Part shown: one piece after another, positions 29,021 through 41,600 of the stretch | How positions within the stretch are numbered: position 1 is the stretch's first letter | How the letters are laid out: every line of letters starts with the position of its first letter | Source: Eledone cirrhosa | Lineage: Eukaryota | Direction of reading: 5' to 3' | Length of the DNA: 64,000 nucleotides | Assembly: GCA_964016885.1 (NCBI GenBank) | Contig: OZ024740.1 | Location: forward strand, 251,348,001 to 251,412,000 | Translations under genes and position numbers: made by a program | Notes under the pieces: model-generated | Seen by the model: only the letters and a program-made list of their open reading frames with translations | Database searches by the model: none | What the model was told of the DNA's origin: nothing

Positions 29021-32000
29021 CTGATTTTTTTTTACAAATTATCTCCCCCTCATTTTTTTACAAATTATCTACCCCTGATTTTTTTTACAAATTATCTCCC
29101 CCTGATTTTTTTTTACAAATTATCTCCCTCTGATTTTTTTACAAATTATCTCCCCCTGATTTTTTTTTTACAAATTATCTCCCCCTGATTTTTTTAAAAA
29201 TTATCTCCCCCTGATTTTTTTACAATCTCCGCCTGATTTTTTTAAAAATTATCTTCCCTTGGCTGGCGGGAAATTATCTCCCCTTGGACGGCTGGAAATT
29301 ATCTCCCCTTGGAAGGATGGAAATTATCTCCCCTTGGACGGCTGGATATTATCTCCCCTTGCACGGCTGGAAATTATCTCCCCTTGGCTGGAAATTATCT
29401 CCCCTTGGACGGCTAGAAATTATCTCTCTTTGGACGGCTGGAAATTATCTCCCTTTGATTTTTTTTACAAATTATCTCCCTCTGATATTTTTTACAAATC
29501 TCCCCCTGATTTTTTAAAAAAAATTATCTCCCCTTCGCTGGCTGGAAATTATCTCCCCTTGGACACTGGAAATTATAGCCCCTTGGAGGGCTGGAAATTA
29601 TCTTCCCTTGGACGGCTGGAAATTATCTCCCCTTGATTTTTTTTACAAATTATCTCCGCCTGATTTTTTTTAAAAATTATCTCTCCTTGGACGGCTGGAA
29701 ATTATCTCCCCTTGATTTTTTTTACAAATTATCTCCCCCTGATTTTTTTTACAAATTATCTCCCCCTGATTTTTTTTTACAAATTATCTACCACTGATTT
29801 TTTTTACAAATTATCTCCCCCTGATTTTTTTTACAAATTATCTCCCCCTGATTTTTCTTTTACAAATTATCTCCCCCTGATTTTTTTACAAATTATCTCC
29901 CCCTGATTTTTTTACAAATTATCTCCGCCTGATTTTTTTAAATATTATCTTCCCTTGGCTGGCGGGAAATTATCTCCCCTTGGACGGCTGGAAATTATCT
30001 GCCCTTGATTTTGTTTTTACAAATTATCTTCCACTGATTTTTTTTACAAATTATCTCCACCTGATTTTTTAAAAAATTATCTCCCCTTGGAAGGCTGGAA
30101 ATTATCTCCCCTTGGACGGCTAGAAATTATCTCTCTTTGGACGGCTGGAAATTATCTCCCCTTGATTTTTTTTACAAATTATCTCCCCCTGATTTTTTTT
30201 ACAAATATCCCAGTGATTTTTTTTTAAAAATTATCTCCCCTTCGCTGGCTGGAAATTATCTCCCCTTGGACGCTGGAAATTATAGCCCCTTGGAGGGCTG
30301 GAAATTATCTTCCCTTGGACGGCTGGAAATTATCTCCCCTTGATTTTTTTTACAAATTATCTCCCCCTGATTTTTTTTTACAAATTATCTCCCCCTGATT
30401 TTTTTTTACAAATTATCTCCCCCTGATTTTTTTTACAACTTATCTCCGCCTGATTTTTTTTAAAAAATCATCTCCCCTTGGACGGCTGGAAATTATCTCC
30501 CCTTGGACGGCTGGAAATTATCTCCCCTTGATTTTTTTACAAATTATCTCCCCCTGATTTTTTTTTACAAATTATCTCCCCCTGATTTTTTTTACAAATT
30601 ATCTCCCCCTGATTTTTTTTACAAATTATCTCCCCCTGATTTTTTTTACAAATTATCTCCGCCTGATTTTTTTAAATATTATCTCTCCTTGGCTGGCGGG
30701 AAATTATCTCCCCTTGGACGGCTGCAAATTATCTCCGCTTGATTTTTTTTACAAATTATCTCCCCCTGATTTTTTTTTAAAAATTATCTCCCCCTGATTT
30801 TTTTTACAAATTATCTCCCCTGATTTTTTTTTACAAATTATCTCCCCCTGATTTTTTTTTACAAATTATCTCCCCCTGATTTTTTTTTTACAAATTATCT
30901 CCCCCTGATTTTTTTACAAATTATCTCCCCCTGATTTTTTTTACAATCTCCGCCTGATTTTTTTAAAAATTATCTTCCCTTGGCTGGCGGGAAATTATCT
31001 CCCCTTGGACGGCTGGAAATTATCTCCCCTTGGAAGGATGGAAATTATCTCCCCTTGGACGGCTGGAAATTATCTCCCCTTGCACGGCTGGAAATTATCT
31101 CCCCTTGGCTGGAAATTATCTCCCCTTGGACGGCTAGAAATTATCTCTCTTTGGATGGCTGGAAATTATCTCCCTTTGATTTTTTTTACAAATTATCTCC
31201 CTCTGATTTTTTTTACAAATCTCCCCCTGATTTTTTTTTACAAATTATCTCCCCCTGATTTTTTTTACAAACTATCTCCCCCTGATTTTTTTACAAATTA
31301 TCTCCCCTTGGCTGGCTGGAAATTATCTCCCCTTGGAGGCTGGAATTTATCTCCCCTTGGACGGCTAGAAATTACCTCTCCTTGGACGGCTGGAAAATAT
31401 GTCTCCTTGGACGGCTGGAAATTATCTCCCCTTGGACGGCTGGAAATTACCTCTCCTTGGACGGCTGAAAATTATCTCCCCTTGGACGGCTGGAAATTAT
31501 CTCCCCTTGCACTGCTGGAAATTATCTCCCCTTGGACGGCTGGAAATTATCTGCCCTTGATTTTGTTTTTACAAATTATCTTCCCCTGATTATTTTTACA
31601 AATTATCTCCACCTGATTTTTTAAAAAATTATCTCCCCTTGGACGGCTGGAAATTATCTCCCCTTGGCTGGAAATTATCTCCCCTTGGACGGCTAGAAAT
31701 TATCTCTCTTTGGACGGCTGGAAATTATCTCCCCTTGATTTTTTTTACAAATTATCTCCCCCTGATTTTTTTTACAAATTATCCCCCCATGATTTTTAAA
31801 AAAAAAATTATCTCCCCTTCGCTGGCTGGAAATTATCTCCCCTTGGACGCTGGAAATTATAGCCCCTTGGAGGGCTGGAAATTATCTTCCCTTGGACGGC
31901 TGGAAATTATCTCCCCTTGATTTTTTTTACAAATTATCTCCCCCTGATTTTTTTTAACAAATTATCTCCCCCTGATTTTTTTTTTACAAATTATCTCCGC

Positions 32001-34127
32001 CTGATTTTTTTAAAAAAATTATCTCCCCTTGGACGGCTGGAAATTATCTCCCCTTGGACGGCTGGAAATTATCTCCCGTTGGACGGCTAGAAATTACCTC
32101 TCCTTGGACGGCTGAAAATTATCTCCCCTTGGACGGCTGCAAATTATCTCCCCTTGATTTTTTTTACAAATTATCCCCCCATGATTTTTAAAAAAAAAAT
32201 TATCTCCCCTTCGCTGGCTGGAAATTATCTCCCCTTGGACGCTGGAAATTATAGCCCCTTGGAGGGCTGGAAATTATCTTCCCTTGGACGGCTGGAAATT
32301 ATCTCCCCTTGATTTTTTTTACAAATTATCTCCCTCTGATTTTTTTTTACAAATTATCTCCCACTGATTTTTTTTTACAAATTATCTCCCCCTGATTTTT
32401 TTTTTACAAATTATCTCCGCGTGATTTTTTTAAAAAAATTATCTCCCCTTGGACGGCTGGAAATTATCTCCCCTTGGACGGCTGGAAATTATCTCGCCTT
32501 GGACGGCTAGAAATTACCTCTCCTTGGACGGCTGAAAATTATCTCCCCTTGGACGGCTGCAAATTATCTCCTCTTGATTTTTTTTACAAATTATCTCCCC
32601 CTGATTTTTTTTACAAATTATCTCCCCCTGATTTTTTTTACAAATTATCTCCCCCTGATTTTTTTTTACAAATTATCTCCCCCTGATTTTTTTTCCAAAT
32701 TATCTCCCCCTGATTTTTTTTACAAATTATCTCCCCCTGATTTTTTTTACAAATTATCTCCCCCTGATTTTTTTTACAATCTCCGCCTGATTTTTTAAAA
32801 AATTATCTTCCCTTGGCTGGCGGGAAATTATCTCCCCTTGGACGGCTGGAAATTATCTCCCCTTGGACGGCTAGAAATTATCTCTCTTTGGACGGCTGGA
32901 AATTATCTCCCCTTGATTTTTTTTACAAATTATCTCCCCCTGATTTTTTTTACAAATTATCCCCGCATGATTTTTAAAAAAAAAATTATCTCCCCTTCGC
33001 TGGCTGGAAATTATCTCCCCTTGGACGCTGGAAATTATAGCCCCTTGGAGGGCTGGAAATTATCTTCCCTTGGACGGCTGGAAATTATCTCCCCTTAATT
33101 TTTTTTACAAATTATCTCCCCCTGATTTTTTTTACAATCTCCGCCTGATTTTTAAAAAAAAATTATCTCCCCTTGGACGGCTGGAAATTATCTCCCCTTG
33201 GACGGCTGGAAATTATCTCCCCTTGGACGGCTAGAAATTACCTCTCCTTGGACGGCTGAAAATTATCTCCCCTTGGACGGCTGCAAATTATCTCCCCTTG
33301 ATTTTTTTTACAAATTATCTCCCCCTGATTTTTTTTACAAATTATCTCCCCCTGATTTTTTTTACAAATTATCTCCCCCTGATTTTTTTTTACAAATTAT
33401 CTCCCCCTGATTTTTTTTTACAAATTAACTCCCCCTGATTTTTTTTACAAATTATCTCCCCCTGATTTTTTTTACAAATTATCTCCCCCTGATTTTTTTT
33501 TACAAATTATCTCCCCTTGATTTTTTTTTACAAATTATCTGCCCCTGATTTTTTTTTTACAAATTATCTCCCCCTGATTTTTTTACAAATTATCTCCCCC
33601 TGATTTTTTTTACAAATTATCTCCCGCTGATTTTTTTTACAAATTATCTCCCCTTGATTTTTTTTTACAAATTATCTCCCCTTGATTTTTTTTTACAAAT
33701 TATCTCCCCCTGATTTTTTTTTTACAAATTATCTCCCCCTGATTTTTTTAAAAATTATCTTCCCTTGGCTGGCGGGAAATTATCTCCCCTTGGACGGCTG
33801 GAAATTATCTCCCCTTGGAAGGATGTAAATTATCTCCCCTTGGACGGCTGGAAATTATCTCCCCTTGCACGGCTGGAAATTATCTCCCCTTGATTTTTTT
33901 TACAAATTATCTCCCCCTGATTTTTTTTTACAAATTATCTCCCCCTGATTTTTTTTTACAAATTATCTCCCCCTGATTTTTTTTACAAATTATCTCCCCC
34001 TGATTTTTAAAAAAAAAATTATCTCCCCTTCGCTGGCTGGAAATTATCTCCCCTTGGACGCTGGAAATTATAGCCCCTTGGAGGGCTGGAAATTATCTTC
34101 CCTTGGACGGCTGGAAATTATCTTCCC

Positions 34128-37100
34128 TTGGCTGGCGGGAAATTATCTCCCCTTGGACGGCTGGAAATTATCTCCCCTTGGACGGCTAGAAATTATCTCT
34201 CTTTGGACGGCTGCAAATTATCTCCCCTTGATTTTTTTTACAAATTATCTCCCCCTGATTTTTTTACAAATTATCCCCGCATGATTTTTAAAAAAAAAAT
34301 TATCTCCCCTTCGCTGGCTGGAAATTATCTCCCCTTGGACGCTGGAAATTATAGCCCCTTGGAGGGCTGGAAATTATCTTCCCTTGGACGGCTGGAAATT
34401 ATCTCCCCTTGATTTTTTTTACAAATTATCTCCCCCTGATTTTTTTTTACAAATTATCTCCCCCTGATTTTTTTTTACAAATTATCTCCCCCTGATTTTT
34501 TTTTTTACAAATTATCTCCGCCTGATTTTTAAAAAAAAATTATCTCCCCTTGAACGGCTGGAAATTATCTCCCCTTGGACGGCTGGAAATTATCTCCCCT
34601 TGGACGGCTAGAAATTACCTCTCCTTGGACGGCTGAAAATTATCTCCCCTTGGACGGCTGCAAATTATCTCCCCTTGATTTTTTTTACAAATTATCTCCC
34701 CCTGATTTTTTTTACAAATTATCTCCCCCTGATTTTTTTTACAAATTATCTCCCCCTGATTTTTTTTTACAAATTATCTCCCCCTGATTTTTTTTTACAA
34801 ATTATCTCCCCCTGATTTTTTTTACAAATTATCTCCCCCTGATTTTTTTTACAAATTATCTCCCCCTGATTTTTTTTTACAAATTATCTCCCCTTGATTT
34901 TTTTTTACAAATTATCTCCCCCTGATTTTTTTTTTACAAATTATCTCCCCCTGATTTTTTTACAAATTATCTCCCCCTGATTTTTTTTACAAATTATCTC
35001 CCCCTGATTTTTTTTACAAATTATCTCCCCTTGATTTTTTTCTACAAATTATCTCCCCCTGATTTTTTTTTTACAAATTATCTCCCCCTGATTTTTTTAA
35101 AAATTATCTTCCCTTGGCTGGCGGGAAATTATCTCCCCTTGGACGGCTGGAAATTATCTCCCCTTGGAAGGATGTAAATTATCTCCCCTTGGACGGCTGG
35201 AAATTATCTCCCCTTGCACGGCTGGAAATTATCTCCCCTTGATTTTTTTTACAAATTATCTCCCCCTGATTTTTTTTTACAAATTATCTCCCCCTGATTT
35301 TTTTTTACAAATTATCTCCCCCTGATTTTTTTTACAAATTATCTCCCCCTGATTTTTAAAAAAAAAATTATCTCCCCTTCGCTGGCTGGAAATTATCTCC
35401 CCTTGGACGCTGGAAATTATAGCCCCTTGGAGGGCTGGAAATTATCTTCCCTTGGACGGCTGGAAATTATCTTCCCTTGGACGGCTGGAAATTATCTCCC
35501 CTTGATTTTTTTTACAAATTATCTCCCCCTGATTTTTTTTTACAAATTATCTCCCCCTGATTTTTTTTACAAATTATCTACCCCTGATTTTTTTTACAAA
35601 TTATCTCCCCCTGATTTTTTTTTACAAATTATCTCCCTCTGATTTTTTTTTACAAATTATCTCCCCCTGATTTTTTTTTTACAAATTATCTCCCCCTGAT
35701 TTTTTTACAAATTATCTCCCCCTGATTTTTTTTACAATCTCCGCCTGATTTTTTAAAAAATTATCTTCCCTTGGCTGGCGGGAAATTATCTCCCCTTGGA
35801 CGGCTGGAAATTATCTCCCCTTGGACGGCTAGAAATTATCTCTCTTTGGACGGCTGCAAATTATCTCCCCTTGATTTTTTTTACAAATTATCTCCCCCTG
35901 ATTTTTTTACAAATTATCCCCGCATGATTTTTAAAAAAAAAATTATCTCCCCTTCGCTGGCTGGAAATTATCTCCCCTTGGACGCTGGAAATTATAGCCC
36001 CTTGGAGGGCTGGAAATTATCTTCCCTTGGACGGCTGGAAATTATCTCCCCTTGATTTTTTTTACAAATTATCTCCCCCTGATTTTTTTTTACAAATTAT
36101 CTCCCCCTGATTTTTTTTTACAAATTATCTCCCCCTGATTTTTTTTTTTACAAATTATCTCCGCCTGATTTTTAAAAAAAAATTATCTCCCCTTGGACGG
36201 CTGGAAATTATCTCCCCTTGGACGGCTGGAAATTATCTCCCCTTGGACGGCTAGAAATTACCTCTCCTTGGACGGCTGAAAATTATCTCCCCTTGGACGG
36301 CTGCAAATTATCTCCCCTTGATTTTTTTTACAAATTATCTCCCCCTGATTTTTTTTACAAATTATCTCCCCCTGATTTTTTTTACAAATTATCTCCCCCT
36401 GATTTTTTTTTACAAATTATCTCCCCCTGATTTTTTTTTACAAATTATCTCCCCCTGATTTTTTTTACAAATTATCTCCCCCTGATTTTTTTTACAAATT
36501 ATCTCCCCCTGATTTTTTTTTACAAATTATCTCCCCTTGATTTTTTTTTACAAATTATCTCCCCCTGATTTTTTTTTTACAAATTATCTCCCCCTGATTT
36601 TTTTACAAATTATCTCCCCCTGATTTTTTTTACAAATTATCTCCCCCTGATTTTTTTTACAAATTATCTCCCCTTGATTTTTTTTTACAAATTATCTCCC
36701 CCTGATTTTTTTTTTACAAATTATCTCCCCCTGATTTTTTTAAAAATTATCTTCCCTTGGCTGGCGGGAAATTATCTCCCCTTGGACGGCTGGAAATTAT
36801 CTCCCCTTGGAAGGATGTAAATTATCTCCCCTTGGACGGCTGGAAATTATCTCCCCTTGCACGGCTGGAAATTATCTCCCCTTGATTTTTTTTACAAATT
36901 ATCTCCCCCTGATTTTTTTTTACAAATTATCTCCCCCTGATTTTTTTTTACAAATTATCTCCCCCTGATTTTTTTTACAAATTATCTCCCCCTGATTTAA
37001 AAAAAAAAAATTATCTCCCCTTCGCTGGCTGGAAATTATCTCCCCTTGGACGCTGGAAATTATAGCCCCTTGGAGGGCTGGAAATTATCTTCCCTTGGAC

Positions 37101-37240
37101 GGCTGGAAATTATCTTCCCTTGGACGGCTGGAAATTATCTCCCCTTGATTTTTTTTACAAATTATCTCCCCCTGATTTTTTTTTACAAATTATCTCCCCC
37201 TGATTTTTTTTTACAAATTATCTCCCCCTGATTTTTTTTT
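34128..37240 (+). repeat. Sub-HOR with 1,643-bp period
   Basis: ORF pairs 34128/35771, 34575/36218 and 35403/37046 are all offset by 1643. Confidence 0.85.
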
Positions 37241-38607
37241 TACAAATTATCTCCGCTTGATTTTTTTAAAAAAATTATCTCCCCTTGGACGGTTGGAAAT
37301 TATCTCCCCTTGGACGGCTAGAAATTATCTCTCCTTGGACGGCTGAAAATTATCTCCCCTTGGACGGCTGCAAATTATCTCCCCTTGATTTTTTTTACAA
37401 ATTATCTCCCCCTGATTTTTTTTTACAAATTATCTCCCCCTGATTTTTTTTTACAAATTATCTCCCCTTGATTTTTTTTTACAAATTATCTCCCCCTGAT
37501 TTTTTTTTTACAAATTATCTCCCCCTGATTTTTTTACAAATTATCTCCCCCTGATTTTTTTTACAAATTATCTCCCCCTGATTTTTTTTACAAATTATCT
37601 CCCCTTGATTTTTTTTTACAAATTATCTCCCCCTGATTTTTTTTTTACAAATTATCTCCCCCTGATTTTTTTAAAAATTATCTTCCCTAGGCTGGCGGGA
37701 AATTATCTCCCCTTGGACGGCTGGAAATTATCTCCCCTTGGAAGGATGTAAATTATCTCCCCTTGGACGGCTGGAAATTATCTCCCCTTGCACGGCTGGA
37801 AATTATCTCCCCTTGATTTTTTTTACAAATTATCTCCCCCTGATTTTTTTTTACAAATTATCTCCCCCTGATTTTTTTTTACAAATTATCTCCCCCTGAT
37901 TTTTTTTACAAATTATCTCCCCCTGATTTAAAAAAAAAAAATTATCTCCCGTTCGCTGGCTGGAAATTATCTCCCCTTGGACGCTGGAAATTATAGCCCC
38001 TTGGAGGGCTGGAAATTATCTTCCCTTGGACGGCTGGAAATTATCTTCCCTTGGACGGCTGGAAATTATCTCCCCTTGATTTTTTTTTCCAAATTATCTC
38101 CCCCTGATTTTTTTTTACAAATTATCTCCCCCTGATTTTTTTTTACAAATTATCTCCCCCTGATTTTTTTTTTACAAATTATCTCCGCTTGATTTTTTAA
38201 AAAAAATTATCTCCCCTTGGACGGCTGGAAATTATCTCCCCTTGGACGGCTGGAAATTATCTCCCCTTGGACGGCTAGAAATTATCTCTCCTTGGACGGC
38301 TGAAAATTATCTCCCCTTGGACGGCTGCAAATTATCTCCCCTTTATTTTTTTTACAAATTATCTCCCCCTGATTTTTTTTTACAAATTATCTCCCCCTCA
38401 TTTTTTTACAAATTATCTACCCCTGATTTTTTTTACAAATTATCTCCCCCTGATTTTTTTTTACAAATTATCTCCCTCTGATTTTTTTTACAAATTATCT
38501 CCCCCTGATTTTTTTTTTACAAATTATCTCCCCCTGATTTTTTTAAAAATTATCTCCCCCTGATTTTTTTACAATCTCCGCCTGATTTTTTTAAAAATTA
38601 TCTTCCC

Positions 38608-41600
38608 TTGGCTGGCGGGAAATTATCTCCCCTTGGACGGCTGGAAATTATCTCCCCTTGGAAGGATGGAAATTATCTCCCCTTGGACGGCTGGATATTA
38701 TCTCCCCTTGCACGGCTGGAAATTATCTCCCCTTGGCTGGAAATTATCTCCCCTTGGACGGCTAGAAATTATCTCTCTTTGGACGGCTGGAAATTATCTC
38801 CCTTTGATTTTTTTTACAAATTATCTCCCTCTGATATTTTTTACAAATCTCCCCCTGATTTTTTAAAAAAAATTATCTCCCCTTCGCTGGCTGGAAATTA
38901 TCTCCCCTTGGACACTGGAAATTATAGCCCCTTGGAGGGCTGGAAATTATCTTCCCTTGGACGGCTGGAAATTATCTCCCCTTGATTTTTTTTACAAATT
39001 ATCTCCGCCTGATTTTTTTTAAAAATTATCTCTCCTTGGACGGCTGGAAATTATCTCCCCTTGATTTTTTTTACAAATTATCTCCCCCTGATTTTTTTTA
39101 CAAATTATCTACCACTGATTTTTTTTACAAATTATCTCCCCCTGATTTTTTTTACAAATTATCTCCCCCTGATTTTTCTTTTACAAATTATCTCCCCCTG
39201 ATTTTTTTACAAATTATCTCCCCCTGATTTTTTTTACAAATTATCTCCGCCTGATTTTTTTAAATATTATCTTCCCTTGGCTGGCGGGAAATTATCTCCC
39301 CTTGGACGGCTGGAAATTATCTGCCCTTGATTTTGTTTTTACAAATTATCTTCCACTGATTTTTTTTACAAATTATCTCCACCTGATTTTTTAAAAAATT
39401 ATCTCCCCTTGGAAGGCTGGAAATTATCTCCCCTTGGACGGCTAGAAATTATCTCTCTTTGGACGGCTGGAAATTATCTCCCCTTGATTTTTTTTACAAA
39501 TTATCTCCCCCTGATTTTTTTTACAAATATCCCAGTGATTTTTTTTAAAAAATTATCTCCCCTTCGCTGGCTGGAAATTATCTCCCCTTGGACGCTGGAA
39601 ATTATAGCCCCTTGGAGGGCTGGAAATTATCTTCCCTTGGACGGCTGGAAATTATCTCCCCTTGATTTTTTTTACAAATTATCTCCCCCTGATTTTTTTT
39701 TACAAATTATCTCCCCCTGATTTTTTTTTACAAATTATCTCCCCCTGATTTTTTTTACAACTTATCTCCGCCTGATTTTTTTTAAAAAATCATCTCCCCT
39801 TGGACGGCTGGAAATTATCTCCCCTTGGACGGCTGGAAATTATCTCTCCTTGGACGGCTAGAAATTACCTCTCCTTGGACAATTGAAAATTATCTCCCCT
39901 TGGACGGCTGGAAATTATCTCCCCTTGATTTTTTTTACAAATTATCTCCCCCTGATTTTTTTTACAAATTATCTCCCCTGATTTTTTTTTACAAATTATC
40001 TCCCCCTGATTTTTTTTTACAAATTATCTCCCCCTGATTTTTTTTACAAATTATCTCCCCCTGATTTTTTTACAAATTATCTCCCCTTGGCTGGCTGGAA
40101 ATTATCTCCCCTTGGAGGCAGGAATTTATCTCCCCTTGGACGGCTAGAAATTACCTCTCCTTGGACGGCTGGAAAATATGTCTCCTTGGACGGCTGGAAA
40201 TTATCTCCCCTTGGACGGCTGGAAATTATCTCCCCTTGGACGGCTGGAAATTATCTCCCCTTGGACGGCTAGAAATTACCTCTCCTTGGACGGCTGAAAA
40301 TTATCTCCCCTTGGACGGCTGGAAATTATCTCCCCTTGATTTTTTTACAAATTATCTCCCCCTGATTTTTTTTTACAAATTATCTCCCCCTGATTTTTTT
40401 TACAAATTATCTCCCCCTGATTTTTTTTACAAATTATCTCCCCCTGATTTTTTTTACAAATTATCTCCGCCTGATTTTTTTTAATATTATCTCTCCTTGG
40501 CTGGCGGGAAATTATCTCCCCTTGGACGGCTGCAAATTATCTCCGCTTGATTTTTTTTACAAATTATCTCCCCCTGATTTTTTTTTACAAATTATCTCCC
40601 CCTGATTTTTTTTACAAATTATCTCCCCCTGATTTTTTTTACAAATTATCTCCCCCTGATTTTTTTTTACAAATTATCTCCCCTTGATTTTTTTTTACAA
40701 ATTATCTCCCCCTGATTTTTTTTTTACAAATTATCTCCCCCTGATTTTTTTACAAATTATCTCCCCCTGATTTTTTTACAAATTATCTCCCCCTGATTTT
40801 TTTTACAAATTATCTCCCCTTGATTTTTTTTTACAAATTATCTCCCCCTGATTTTTTTTTTACAAATTATCTCCCCCTGATTTTTTAAAAAATTATCTTC
40901 CCTTGGCTGGCGGGAAATTATCTCCCCTTGGACGGCTGGAAATTATCTCCCCTTGGAAGGATGTAAATTATCTCCCCTTGGACGGCTGGAAATTATCTCC
41001 CCTTGCACGGCTGGAAATTATCTCCCCTTGATTTTTTTTACAAATTATCTCCCCCTGATTTTTTTTTACAAATTATCTCCCCCTGATTTTTTTTTACAAA
41101 TTATCTCCCCCTGATTTTTTTTACAAATTATCTCCCCCTGATTTTTAAAAAAAAAATTATCTCCCCTTCGCTGGCTGGAAATTATCTCCCCTTGGACGCT
41201 GGAAATTATAGCCCCTTGGAGGGCTGGAAATTATCTTCCCTTGGACGGCTGGAAATTATCTTCCCTTGGACGGCTGGAAATTATCTCCCCTTGATTTTTT
41301 TTACAAATTATCTCCCCCTGATTTTTTATTACAAATTATCTCCCCCTGATTTTTTTTTACAAATTATCTCCCCCTGATTTTTTTTTTACAAATTATCTCC
41401 GCTTGATTATTTAAAAAAAATTATCTCCCCTTGGACGGCTGGAAATTATCTCCCCGTGGACGGCTGGAAATTATCTCCCCTTGGACGGCTAGAAATTATC
41501 TCTCCTTGGACGGCTGAAAATTATCTCCCCTTGGACGGCTGCAAATTATCTCCCCTTGATTTTTTTTACAAATTATCTCCCCCTGATTTTTTTTTACAAA

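Larger units (their letters stand above)
21960..40600 (+). repeat. Tandem duplication of a ~9.2-9.5-kb satellite block (copy 1 ~21960-31480, copy 2 ~31480-40600)
   Basis: ORF offsets are 22950/32474 (9524), 23737/33198 (9461), 25409/34575 (9166), 26871/36218 (9347) and 29259/38608 (9349). Shared rare variants: CTCCTCTTG (~23045/32570), TTTTCCAAA (~23170/32695), CTGCCCCTG (~24080/33540), CCCTTTATTT (~28992/38340) and GGATATT (~29345/38693). Confidence 0.88.
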
